A stretch of 64,000 nucleotides of DNA from a virus. The stretch covers positions 48,838 through 112,837 of the IMG/VR virus record IMGVR_UViG_3300025093_000012; one strand, 5' to 3'. Positions 40,065-49,201 of this stretch are shown here, piece after piece. Numbering within the stretch: the stretch's first letter is position 1; each line of letters starts with the position of its first letter. A model generated the notes under the pieces. That model saw nothing but the letters and a program-made list of their open reading frames with translations, did not search any database and was not told where the DNA came from. Made by a program: the position numbers and the translations under genes.

Positions 40065-40092
40065 GGAAACCCCAGATTTCTCTAGGGCTTCC
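40065..40092 (-). terminator. Stem-loop, probable intrinsic terminator after the fibre genes
   Basis: Minus strand GGAAGCCCTAGA-GAAA-TCTGGGGTTTCC followed by GTCTTTAT. Confidence 0.7.
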
Positions 40093-40135
40093 AAACAATT
40101 GCAGAGTTAAAACCAACAAACTATCTCTACTTTTG

Positions 40136-40678
40136 TTATGCTTTTGTTGTTATATAAACTTCCACTGAATCACAATCAACACCACTTACAGCAGCTTGAA
40201 CTTTAAATTTATATGCTGTATTTGGTGTTAAAGATCCAACAGTATATGTTGTTGTAAAAGGAGTCACTGCTTCAACTAATGAATAAGCTCCAGCTGCTTC
40301 TGCTTTATATACTTTTATACCACTAGTTCCTGTAGGAATGCCTGTCCAAAATAATTCAACTGACGTAGATGTAACAGTACCTGAAAATAAATGTGATATT
40401 GCTCCTTCAACACATGCAGGGGTAGCAATAAATAATGCCATTCTTTGTAGAATTAAATCTAACCTATCCCCTTTATTTACACAAAATGTATTACCACTAC
40501 CATTAGATATACAAAATGTATCTTGACACCATTGTACACATTCTGCACATTGAATATCTTCACACACCTCTGTACTTGCATCTCTTTTACAATCTGTATA
40601 ACTACAAGGAGTAGTTAACCCATGATCTTCACAAGCACAGGGTGATGATTTAGTATATCCACATTTATTACAAGCCAT
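40136..40678 (-). CDS. Cys-rich virion fibre/decoration protein with a C-terminal fibronectin type III domain (180 aa)
   Basis: VTSTSVELFW...YTVGSLTPNTAYKFKVQA is an FN3 signature; the N-terminus is Cys-rich and resembles that of the 1186-aa protein. Confidence 0.75.
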   Translation of the reverse strand: MACNKCGYTKSSPCACEDHGLTTPCSYTDCKRDASTEVCEDIQCAECVQWCQDTFCISNGSGNTFCVNKGDRLDLILQRMALFIATPACVEGAISHLFSGTVTSTSVELFWTGIPTGTSGIKVYKAEAAGAYSLVEAVTPFTTTYTVGSLTPNTAYKFKVQAAVSGVDCDSVEVYITTKA

Positions 40679-40696
40679 AATTTTTATTTTTAATCA

Positions 40697-43600
40697 TTAA
40701 CAGGTAGTGTTATTTCTCCAATGTGGTGCTGTTTTATAATATTGTGCTACAGCTTTACCAGTACTACCATTTGCTAAAGCATACCATCTTAAATCTATTA
40801 GTTCTAATGATGCTTGTTCATTAACTGCACCTGTAAGTGATGTATACGCTTTAACTGTATTATCAAACTCAACACCAGTTGTATTATAAATTTTTATTTG
40901 TGATGCAGTTTTAGCTGCTTCAGTACATGCATCAGCTGCATTATTAGAAGTTGGTCTTGCAGGAGCATATAAAGCTGACCCTACTCCCATTCTTTGTGCA
41001 CCTGCACTAGTTGGCTCACCTGCTGATCCTGTTGGAGCTAATCCAAACATTCCTCTAAAGTATGTTGTTATATCAGTATTTGTAACACTATCTAGATCTG
41101 TTCCATTTTCTATATACATGTGAGCTGCTATAAAGAAAGTACTAGCAACATCTTTTAACCCAACCATTGTATTACCTGCACCATTTGTTGTTGTACTGTA
41201 TGGAATGTTTACGGATGCTGTACCTTTTAGTAGATAAGCTTTGAAATCAATTCCAGGATAAGATGTACCAAAGTCATAGTATCTTTCTAATCCAAGACTT
41301 GCACCATAATATTCTTGATCAGTTAATAATGATGAACCTTGCGCAGCAGCAAAAGTTTGTAATGCTACTGCTGAAGTTACACCTGCTGTATCAGAAATTA
41401 AACTTACAACAACTTGACTAACTGAAAATGGTATACTAGTAGATATCCACGGGAAACCAGTTTGTGCTTGACAAGCAATACCCCATGCACTTGTTGGTGC
41501 AGCACCTGATGTAATATCAACTATTGCATCATAATCTTCTTCATATTGAGCAACACCTGTACCACCATTTGTAGTTGGTTCAACTGGACTTGTCCATGCT
41601 GCAGGTGTTGGAACACTAGCTTTACCGTATGTTCCGTTTGCATTTGTTTGACTTACAAAAGATATAATATGTACATCTGGTGGTAATTCAGAACCAGCAC
41701 CAGACCAATAATCTGGAAGTGTAGCACCACTATTCATTATATCTGTATACCAAGCACCTGAAGTTGGGTAACTAATTGCAGCTCCATATGTACCCGCTGA
41801 ATTAAATGATCCTACATTTTCTACACAACCTTTTACATGTTTCAAATAGTCACCTGATTGAGAACCATTAAGTGCTACATAATAAAAGTTTGGTTTAGTT
41901 CCTCCACTAAATCCTGCTCTTACAGCATTAAATGATTTTTTAATATCTCTTGCATTATCAATTGTAACACTATTTGTATCAAAGAATACAATTACATCTG
42001 TACTAGTATATTTAATATTTTCTGCTGGAAGTATTTTAATATATTTTGTTCCAATAGTTGTTCCACATTCATTTGTCAATGATATAACAAAACTATCAGC
42101 AACCATTTTATCATTGTTTTGAGTATACTCATATACTACTTGAGATGAGGTTGGGAATCCTGATTTGAATGCTAATGTACCATGGCTAGGTTGTGTACCT
42201 ATAGACCAAGTAAATGCACCTGATCCAGCTGTATAACCTACTGCATCAACAGTTATTTCTGTTACAACATTTCTTTTAGCGTAGTATACAGGTTGTGGTG
42301 TATCTAAATATAAACCATCACATGTACATGAAAATACTACCTGTGGAACTGTCTTAGCTGTTGAATTAATAGATGCGTAAGCATAGTATAATTGAGAGTT
42401 TGGATCAGTAATAGTTCCTAAAAACTTCCATCCACTGTCCAATGTTGATCTAGTTACACTAGCAGGTGCTAATGGAGAACCTGTTAAACCAGAAATAGTT
42501 AAAGGTATTGTACTCCATTTATCATCTAAAAATTCTCCTTGATGATTCCAACCTGTTACACCAGTGGTAGTTGCTTGAACAACAATAGGTGTATTAGTAT
42601 CATCAAATCCCATTTGCCACTTAGTTTGAGTTGCGCCATCATTATATGTAGCAATCTCTTTTGTTGCAGCTCCTTGTTGTAAAAATGATGTGGCGGTTTT
42701 CCACTCTGTACTAGAAGGTGTATATACAACAGTACTGCAAACTGGTGCAGTTGTAGATACTAACTGTAATGGACATTCAGTTATATGAGTGCTGCCTGTT
42801 TGAGTTACTGTAGTTCTTACTCTATATTGTGTGCTAGCTACAAGATTTGTAAATGATCCTGTAATATTTGTGCCCATATAAGTAAATGAACGGGAATCTT
42901 GTAAAGAACCATTTTTATTTTGTAACTCTACATTAATAATATATCCTTTATTTGCGGGTAATGTGATACCTCCTACTGTAAAAGGAATCTCAGAAGCTGT
43001 AACTGTCCCTATTGTTAAAGTAGGACAAGCCATCTGATTTTCAATACTTATATTCTGTATCTCTTGACAAGTAGTTACCCCATCTGATGCACAAAATTCT
43101 ATACGTAGAGAATAGTTACTTCCTAAGTCAAGATTGCCCATTTCACTAGTAGCAATAACATAGGGTGCATTATTTTGATAATACTCAACATCAACATACT
43201 TTACTAAAGTATTTAAAGAAGAATCAGTAATAGTAACTTTAGTTCCTCTTGAATTACATTCAGTAAATGTTGTTGGTATTTGTGTTTCTTGAAAATCTAA
43301 TATAATACCAGTTGTATTTCCTGTTGGACCTTTTTGAATTGTTCCTACTACTGAGAATGTAATATCTGAACATGTTGGTTTAGCAACAGTTTCATTTAAA
43401 TTTTCTACAGCATTTCTTGTGTCATTCATCGTTAACCACAAGTTTTGGAATGACTGAGCCAAATTTCTTGGTGTAGTAATCCAACCTCTTATACTTGACA
43501 TAGTACCTGTACCACTTAATACAGACCTTTGTGAAAGTGCTGGTGTATATGCTACTGCAGTATTAATTTGTGTTGGGTCACCTAAAACAGTAGTTAGCTC

Positions 43601-44257
43601 TCCATAGCTTTGATCAGCAGCAGCAATAGCTTGTGCCATATCTACAGGTGATCTTGAACCAGTAAAGTTTGGTACAGCAACACGTCCTGGAGTAGGAAGA
43701 CCACCACCTCTGCAACAATTTTGCTCAATATAAGTTACTCTATTCTCTAATAAATCTACTCTTTGATTTAAAGTTGCAATAGAAGAAGCTAATTCACAAA
43801 TTTGTGTTGCTAAGAAATGAGCATATCCTTTACCTGTTGAGGCATCATGCAACACCATAGAAAATACTGGACTAGTACTATTCATGTAATCCATTGCTGC
43901 TTTACGCAAACAATCTGGAACAGGGATGACACAAGAACATGGACTCACAGCTGGGGTTGATTGCTCACAACACTTACACTGTTTATCTATAATATTATTT
44001 AAAAGCTCCTGTATTGTATTAGCTCTACCATATTCAGTAATTAAACATGACTGATTCACAGTTGCTATATCTACTCCTGTTGATGCAGGATTTTCACAAC
44101 ACTCACATAACTTTTCTGCAAGTCTTGCAACTACATCACTAACAGTATCACCTTGACAAATATTAACGCATGTTAAATCTGGTCCTTGCCATATAACACA
44201 GTTAGAAGACGTATTGTCTGTACATCCGTTATTATTATTTGATTTACTAGGTATCAT
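40697..44257 (-). CDS. Putative tail/head fibre protein (1186 aa): Cys-rich N-terminus, coiled coil, FN3/Ig-like domains
   Basis: SSNCVIWQGPDLTCVNICQGD; coiled coil IATLNQRVDLLENRVTYIE; FN3 FTNLVASTQYRVR; Ig-like TQPSHGTL; Thr/Ser/Gly-rich composition. Confidence 0.65.
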   Translation of the reverse strand: MIPSKSNNNNGCTDNTSSNCVIWQGPDLTCVNICQGDTVSDVVARLAEKLCECCENPASTGVDIATVNQSCLITEYGRANTIQELLNNIIDKQCKCCEQSTPAVSPCSCVIPVPDCLRKAAMDYMNSTSPVFSMVLHDASTGKGYAHFLATQICELASSIATLNQRVDLLENRVTYIEQNCCRGGGLPTPGRVAVPNFTGSRSPVDMAQAIAAADQSYGELTTVLGDPTQINTAVAYTPALSQRSVLSGTGTMSSIRGWITTPRNLAQSFQNLWLTMNDTRNAVENLNETVAKPTCSDITFSVVGTIQKGPTGNTTGIILDFQETQIPTTFTECNSRGTKVTITDSSLNTLVKYVDVEYYQNNAPYVIATSEMGNLDLGSNYSLRIEFCASDGVTTCQEIQNISIENQMACPTLTIGTVTASEIPFTVGGITLPANKGYIINVELQNKNGSLQDSRSFTYMGTNITGSFTNLVASTQYRVRTTVTQTGSTHITECPLQLVSTTAPVCSTVVYTPSSTEWKTATSFLQQGAATKEIATYNDGATQTKWQMGFDDTNTPIVVQATTTGVTGWNHQGEFLDDKWSTIPLTISGLTGSPLAPASVTRSTLDSGWKFLGTITDPNSQLYYAYASINSTAKTVPQVVFSCTCDGLYLDTPQPVYYAKRNVVTEITVDAVGYTAGSGAFTWSIGTQPSHGTLAFKSGFPTSSQVVYEYTQNNDKMVADSFVISLTNECGTTIGTKYIKILPAENIKYTSTDVIVFFDTNSVTIDNARDIKKSFNAVRAGFSGGTKPNFYYVALNGSQSGDYLKHVKGCVENVGSFNSAGTYGAAISYPTSGAWYTDIMNSGATLPDYWSGAGSELPPDVHIISFVSQTNANGTYGKASVPTPAAWTSPVEPTTNGGTGVAQYEEDYDAIVDITSGAAPTSAWGIACQAQTGFPWISTSIPFSVSQVVVSLISDTAGVTSAVALQTFAAAQGSSLLTDQEYYGASLGLERYYDFGTSYPGIDFKAYLLKGTASVNIPYSTTTNGAGNTMVGLKDVASTFFIAAHMYIENGTDLDSVTNTDITTYFRGMFGLAPTGSAGEPTSAGAQRMGVGSALYAPARPTSNNAADACTEAAKTASQIKIYNTTGVEFDNTVKAYTSLTGAVNEQASLELIDLRWYALANGSTGKAVAQYYKTAPHWRNNTTC

Positions 44258-44300
44258 ATATATATATTTTTACAGCTGCAAATTAGAACATGTATACATT

Positions 44301-44309
44301 ATAATATAC
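44301..44309 (-). promoter_or_regulatory. Putative late promoter motif GTATATTAT
   Basis: TTTCAGTATATTATAATG upstream of the 1186-aa gene. Confidence 0.55.
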
Positions 44310-44348
44310 TGAAATTTTAATTAACAACCAAGTTGTATTATTACTATC

Positions 44349-44948
44349 TTAACTATCACATTGTGTATTAGTTTCACATTTTTCTTTTTGTTCTTCAGGC
44401 GTTACAGTTATATCAACTCTTTGTTGACTGCAAGCACCTACTGTTTTAATACAGTGACATAGATCTAAAACATGCGTTAGACCACCAGTAAAAGTAAACT
44501 TGTATAAAAAGTATCCATTTGAATCTGTAACACCTACTTGTTTACCATCTATATAAATAGGAAAAGAAGGCATTACATTACCTTGATTATCCTTTACATA
44601 AATATGCAAACACTCATTATCAGTATTTAATCCATTTATTATACACTTGCCACTTCCTGATGAATAACCACAACCAGGTGCTACCCATGTAGGGACAGGA
44701 GTCTGGCCCTCAAACCAATGATATGTAGGATCATCAAATTGATCTTTATAAGCAGCAGTATATACTGGAACTTTATTATCATTCCAATCACATATTTCCT
44801 TTTTAGTAGAAATCTTTTGTAGTTTATCTAAAGGACAGCATGATGTTAAACCATACCTTTTAGATCTCATGTCCCTAAATATTAAATCAGCAAACTCTTG
44901 TTCTATGCTGATTTTCTTTAATATTTCTAGATCACTTTTGTTACTCAT
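44349..44948 (-). CDS. Putative tail hub/fibre-docking protein, Cys-rich, with Ig-like C-terminal domain
   Basis: IYVKDNQG...IYIDGKQVGVTDSNG pattern; position after the auxiliary capsid gene. Likely start is ATG 44948 (MSNKS). Confidence 0.45.
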   Translation of the reverse strand: MSNKSDLEILKKISIEQEFADLIFRDMRSKRYGLTSCCPLDKLQKISTKKEICDWNDNKVPVYTAAYKDQFDDPTYHWFEGQTPVPTWVAPGCGYSSGSGKCIINGLNTDNECLHIYVKDNQGNVMPSFPIYIDGKQVGVTDSNGYFLYKFTFTGGLTHVLDLCHCIKTVGACSQQRVDITVTPEEQKEKCETNTQCDS

Positions 44949-44965
44949 TTTAATAGTTTTAAATG

Positions 44966-45544
44966 TTAGCAACAAACGTCACACGTAATTTTTTTCAATT
45001 TCTTCTTTGCAAAATTATATAATTCTAATCCTTCATTTGGACTCTGGCAATATTCAACTTTAGCTACAGCAGCATCAATAAGTGTTCTTATATATTTCAT
45101 CTCTGCCATTACTTGCTGAAATTCAGAAGAAGGTTGACATGGTTGAACATCCAACTCACATAACTTCTTATAATAAGTTGTAAGAATTTCTGTAACTCTT
45201 AAATGATTATATTCTACATATACTTTATCATTTGGTGATACACTATACTTTATAATGTATATACCATCATTAATAGAACTTCTTGTAGATGAACAGCTTG
45301 TTGTCTGTAATCCCAAAGAACATGCTGTTAGATTTAACCTTCCAAAAGTTTCCCAGTTGCCATCAGCATCTTTAACAATACTTGTTTTAATTAAACGTGG
45401 AGAGTTATATCCTGGTGCTGTTATCAATAGCTCAGCACAATCTACTCCTAGATCTTCATTATAATCACTTGTATCAACTATAGGTAATATCTCACAATTA
45501 GAACTGTGAGGTATATCTAGACTTAAAATATGCTTGCCAGCCAT
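44966..45544 (-). CDS. Putative tail hub protein (192 aa)
   Basis: INDGIYIIKYSV beta domain followed by a helical C-terminus; synteny with the crAss-like hub gene pair. Confidence 0.5.
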   Translation of the reverse strand: MAGKHILSLDIPHSSNCEILPIVDTSDYNEDLGVDCAELLITAPGYNSPRLIKTSIVKDADGNWETFGRLNLTACSLGLQTTSCSSTRSSINDGIYIIKYSVSPNDKVYVEYNHLRVTEILTTYYKKLCELDVQPCQPSSEFQQVMAEMKYIRTLIDAAVAKVEYCQSPNEGLELYNFAKKKLKKITCDVCC

Positions 45545-45577
45545 AGAATTTAATTTTAAAATGCATAGTACTCATTA

Positions 45578-45586
45578 ATAATATAC
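45578..45586 (-). promoter_or_regulatory. Putative late promoter motif GTATATTAT
   Basis: TTTTGTATATTATTAATG directly downstream of a terminator and upstream of the 192-aa gene. Confidence 0.6.
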
Positions 45587-45610
45587 AAAAATTACTTGAT
45601 TAAAGGAAAT

Positions 45611-45640
45611 AAAAAGGGAGCAGATTTTTCTGCCCCCTTC
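45611..45640 (-). terminator. Intrinsic terminator after the 514-aa gene
   Basis: Minus strand AAGGGGGCAGA-AAAA-TCTGCTCCCTT followed by TTTATTT. Confidence 0.8.
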
Positions 45641-45666
45641 TTAATTAATGTATATAGTGTCAACTA

Positions 45667-47211
45667 TTAATAATCACCACCCTTAGCTTCAAGGTCTGCA
45701 GCAGAGCTAACAATACCTGAACCGTCAAGTTTGTGAACACCAGCATCAATTGCAATAGCTAACCAGTCAGCATCTAAACTTGTGATGACTGCAGCAGCAC
45801 CTGAACATGGAACATAAACTCTATATAAGTACTGATCATTATCAAACACACCACTTGGGTTGTTAAATCGTGGAACATTGTGAAGTAAGTTATATACTCT
45901 ATATTTACCTCTACATGGAGCAGAAGTAGCATCTCTTCCTACCTTATCAACAATACCAGCTAATTGTTCAATTTCTCTAAATCTAGCTGAATCTTTGTTA
46001 CCTTGGTTGTAAGGATTTTGCTTGTATCTTTCAGTTAAAAGAATATCTCTAGCAGCAGTTTCTGCAGAAGTTCTTCTTTGTTTGAAATCAGCAACGTTAG
46101 GAGTAGTAGCTCCACCGCCACCATCAGTACCAGCAACAACATCATCTCCAACATTTACAAATCCTTGACATGGGATACATGCTTGACCAGTTTCATCTTG
46201 TAAGCTAGCAATAGCTTTAAGACCACCCATCAAGTAGAAATCTCTTGTATCAAAAGAACAAGAAGAGAACTGAGTTTGTAACTCACAACTTGTTTTAAGT
46301 CTAATAACTACTCTATAGTCAGTAGAAGAAACAATACCGTTTGCAGTACCTTCAGCATTAGGTGCAATTGCAACAAGAACTGGAAGTGCATTAGCACCTG
46401 CAGTAGAACGTACACCTAATCCACCACCTGCATAGATAGCAGTTTCCATAGCTGCTGATGCTTTGTGATAAACAGTTGTAGCATTACCAGAACCGTTAGC
46501 ACCAGAAGACTCACTAACCCATAATTCAGCAGTACCAAATTGGCTAAGAATTGGATCAGCATTAAACTGATCTTTTACATTCATTGCTACAATAGATACA
46601 GGAATACCAGAGTGAGTAACAGTGTTAGCTCCAACAGTAGTTGCTCCTTGAGCTGCACAACACATATCTACACCATTAGCAGGAAGTGTTGCTCCAGCAG
46701 GAGGTAAAGGTAAAGAACCGTTTAAAGAAGCATAAGCATTGTGATTTAAGAATCTTAATGCAGCAGTACCTTTAATATCAATTCTAAAGATTGGATCAGT
46801 ACCACATGGGAAACAAGACTCAGAGAATCCAGTGTTTGCAGTAACTTCACCAATAGTTTCGTGTCTTGTATTTTTAAATTCAATAACTTGAACTGCAGAA
46901 GTTTCATCTTCACATGTAGAAATCCACATATCAGAGATGTACTTCTTAAGAATCATTTTAGATTTAGATGATTCTGCATAACCACCATGACCAGGATTGT
47001 TACCAATTCTGTCATTTGTTTGGAATGATGCTTGAGCAATGTAGAAACCACCTTGTGTAGTAGCTACATCAGCTGCATCCATTACCTTGAAATTGCTGTT
47101 TACAAATGCAACCTCTCCTACAACAGAAAGATCAGCAGATGTTTGCGTATTATCTTGCTCATGGGATGTGGCTAAAAACCCTTTGCAAAACGCATGATTA
47201 AAATAAGCCAT
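45667..47211 (-). CDS. Abundant structural protein, probably auxiliary capsid protein (514 aa)
   Basis: Ala/Gly/Thr-rich, flanked by its own promoter motif and terminator, third gene downstream of MCP as in crAss-like phages. Confidence 0.55.
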   Translation of the reverse strand: MAYFNHAFCKGFLATSHEQDNTQTSADLSVVGEVAFVNSNFKVMDAADVATTQGGFYIAQASFQTNDRIGNNPGHGGYAESSKSKMILKKYISDMWISTCEDETSAVQVIEFKNTRHETIGEVTANTGFSESCFPCGTDPIFRIDIKGTAALRFLNHNAYASLNGSLPLPPAGATLPANGVDMCCAAQGATTVGANTVTHSGIPVSIVAMNVKDQFNADPILSQFGTAELWVSESSGANGSGNATTVYHKASAAMETAIYAGGGLGVRSTAGANALPVLVAIAPNAEGTANGIVSSTDYRVVIRLKTSCELQTQFSSCSFDTRDFYLMGGLKAIASLQDETGQACIPCQGFVNVGDDVVAGTDGGGGATTPNVADFKQRRTSAETAARDILLTERYKQNPYNQGNKDSARFREIEQLAGIVDKVGRDATSAPCRGKYRVYNLLHNVPRFNNPSGVFDNDQYLYRVYVPCSGAAAVITSLDADWLAIAIDAGVHKLDGSGIVSSAADLEAKGGDY

Positions 47212-47272
47212 AATTTTACTCTTTTTTTAGTTAATAAATATTGATATAAACGTGCACCAACATGGTACATTA

Positions 47273-47281
47273 ATAATATAC
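47273..47281 (-). promoter_or_regulatory. Putative late promoter motif GTATATTAT
   Basis: TTTTGTATATTATTAATG upstream of the 514-aa gene, identical over 18 nt to the 45578 site. Confidence 0.6.
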
Positions 47282-47308
47282 AAAATAATTTATAATTTAT
47301 CTCATATA

Positions 47309-48046
47309 TTAATTATTTTTTTCTGCTGAGGTAGAACCTCTTACATATTGATTAATATCATTAATATCACCAGCTATAATTGACACAGCTTCATCAATGA
47401 TTAATTCAACAATATCATCCTTAAACTCACATTCTATATCAGCAGGTGAGGCTACAAGAGTGTAGGGATCTACACAATCTTGTATCTCAATATTTCTTGG
47501 CTGTCTATAATATGTAAGTAAAGGATTTATAATTTCAAAATCTTTTTTATAGATTCTAATTCTATTACCTTGGATTGTGCAATATGTTTCTCCCCATTCA
47601 AAGTCTGGTCTTTTTAAAGGATCTCTCATTATAATATCTACATTAGCTTCTTCAGCTAAGTAAACAGTCATGTCTCTTCCTTTGTCTATTACACCTGCTA
47701 CTTTCTTTACTTTCTCAGTAGGACAGCACTCTGTAAATGCTTCAGTAGTTACTCTCTTATATTCTAAGTAGTTCTCTGGGAAGTTGGTAGACTCAATATA
47801 TGTAGGTTGATTGATAAAAGTTAACCCAACATCTGTTAAAAGAATCTGTAAATCATCAATTCTTCTTTTAGACATCTCATCCCCTTCTTTATACATATTG
47901 TTTCCATGCAATTGTCTTCTACACCATTCAACTTGTGCTTTATTAAAAGATTCAACAATCTGCCAGCACTCTATATTATCATAGTCATTACTAGCAATCT
48001 TATTTAGTCTTTGTTTAAACTTAATCTGTAGTGTAGTATTATTCAT
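47309..48046 (-). CDS. Tail ring protein (245 aa)
   Basis: FNKAQVEW, RRIDDLQIL, YYRQP and CEFKDDIVELIIDEAV resemble crAss-like ring proteins downstream of MCP. Confidence 0.6.
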   Translation of the reverse strand: MNNTTLQIKFKQRLNKIASNDYDNIECWQIVESFNKAQVEWCRRQLHGNNMYKEGDEMSKRRIDDLQILLTDVGLTFINQPTYIESTNFPENYLEYKRVTTEAFTECCPTEKVKKVAGVIDKGRDMTVYLAEEANVDIIMRDPLKRPDFEWGETYCTIQGNRIRIYKKDFEIINPLLTYYRQPRNIEIQDCVDPYTLVASPADIECEFKDDIVELIIDEAVSIIAGDINDINQYVRGSTSAEKNN

Positions 48047-48048
48047 AA

Positions 48049-49122
48049 TTACATGTTCCAGTAGTATTCAACTTGACTCAATAGAGACATTAAGTGTTCC
48101 TCATTTAAAGGATTCTTAACAAATTCTAAACAAGAGTCAGCTGTCTTACCTAGTTTAACGCTTCCAAAATAAATCCATCCATCTGCTTTGTTAGTTATTA
48201 CACCGTATGCACTTGCATCTTTAATAATAGCTTTTAATTTTAAATCCTCCATTGATAATCTTGAAGTATCTAAGAATGCCCTTGCAGATCTTCTTTGATT
48301 TCTATCATGACCATCACCGTGAATAAATGCATCCATGTTTTCATAAATAACATCATTTGCAGTAGATGAATTATACTGAGTACTATTTGCATCACAAATC
48401 TTTGCAACATAGAATAATTTTTTATTCTCTGAATCATACATAGATGTTAATGCTGCTAGTGCTCTGTTTCTTAATTTAGATAATTCAGTTCTTGTACTTA
48501 CCGTATCTTCTAACTTATCTAAATAAAATTTACATCCTGGTTTACCTTTTGCAGCTTTTAAGTTAGGTGCTACAATAGAAAATCCACCAGCTTCAATTGC
48601 ATATAATTTAATTAAATCATAAGGATCTGTAGATGGATCTAAATAGATAGGATCATTACCAACTCTAATGCTAATCTTTCCCCAAAAGCTATGATTGTCA
48701 TGTCTTAAAAGTTTTACCTTATTCCAAAACTCTGGGTCTTCTGGATCAACAATATTAGCTGCTAAATCTCTTTCTAATATAGAAACAGCTTTTCTTATTT
48801 CATTAACTTTTGCCTCTCTCTTATGTGGAGGCAACTTCTTTATTTCAGGTGCAAATTCATTTAAACCTGTTACATATCTTTTGATTCCATTAACCTCAAG
48901 ACATGAAAGTTCTTCTTCATGAATTACTCCTTCAAAAAGTGACATACCATAATTTTCAAGCCCCATGTTTTCACTGGATCTATCAAAGTATGTACGTATT
49001 GCAATTGATTGATTTTTTCCTTGTTGATATTTTTCAATCATTGTTACGTCAGTAATTGGTTCTACTGGTATAGATGTTGTTTCTACTGACTCTGCTGGTT
49101 TTGTGTTTTTTGATTTTGCCAT
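48049..49122 (-). CDS. Conserved crAss-like protein downstream of MCP (357 aa)
   Basis: FW...IYLDPSTDPYDLIK...IVAP...KFYL pattern; position immediately after MCP. Confidence 0.55.
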   Translation of the reverse strand: MAKSKNTKPAESVETTSIPVEPITDVTMIEKYQQGKNQSIAIRTYFDRSSENMGLENYGMSLFEGVIHEEELSCLEVNGIKRYVTGLNEFAPEIKKLPPHKREAKVNEIRKAVSILERDLAANIVDPEDPEFWNKVKLLRHDNHSFWGKISIRVGNDPIYLDPSTDPYDLIKLYAIEAGGFSIVAPNLKAAKGKPGCKFYLDKLEDTVSTRTELSKLRNRALAALTSMYDSENKKLFYVAKICDANSTQYNSSTANDVIYENMDAFIHGDGHDRNQRRSARAFLDTSRLSMEDLKLKAIIKDASAYGVITNKADGWIYFGSVKLGKTADSCLEFVKNPLNEEHLMSLLSQVEYYWNM

Positions 49123-49161
49123 TTTAAAATAATTATTGGTTTAATTTATTTAAAAGATATT

Positions 49162-49185
49162 GGGGAGAGCCCTAAGACCCTCCCC
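49162..49185 (-). terminator. GC-rich stem-loop after MCP (terminator or transcript stabiliser)
   Basis: Minus strand GGGGAGGGTC-TTAG-GGCTCTCCCC then AATATCTTTT (weak U tract). Confidence 0.65.
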
Positions 49186-49201
49186 TCTATCAATATACAT
49201 A

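Noticed and set aside
28965-44257. Diversity-generating retroelement targeting the fibre or muzzle
   Set aside because: No reverse transcriptase and no TR/VR-like repeat pair was noticed in the window; intergenic gaps are too short to hold a template repeat.
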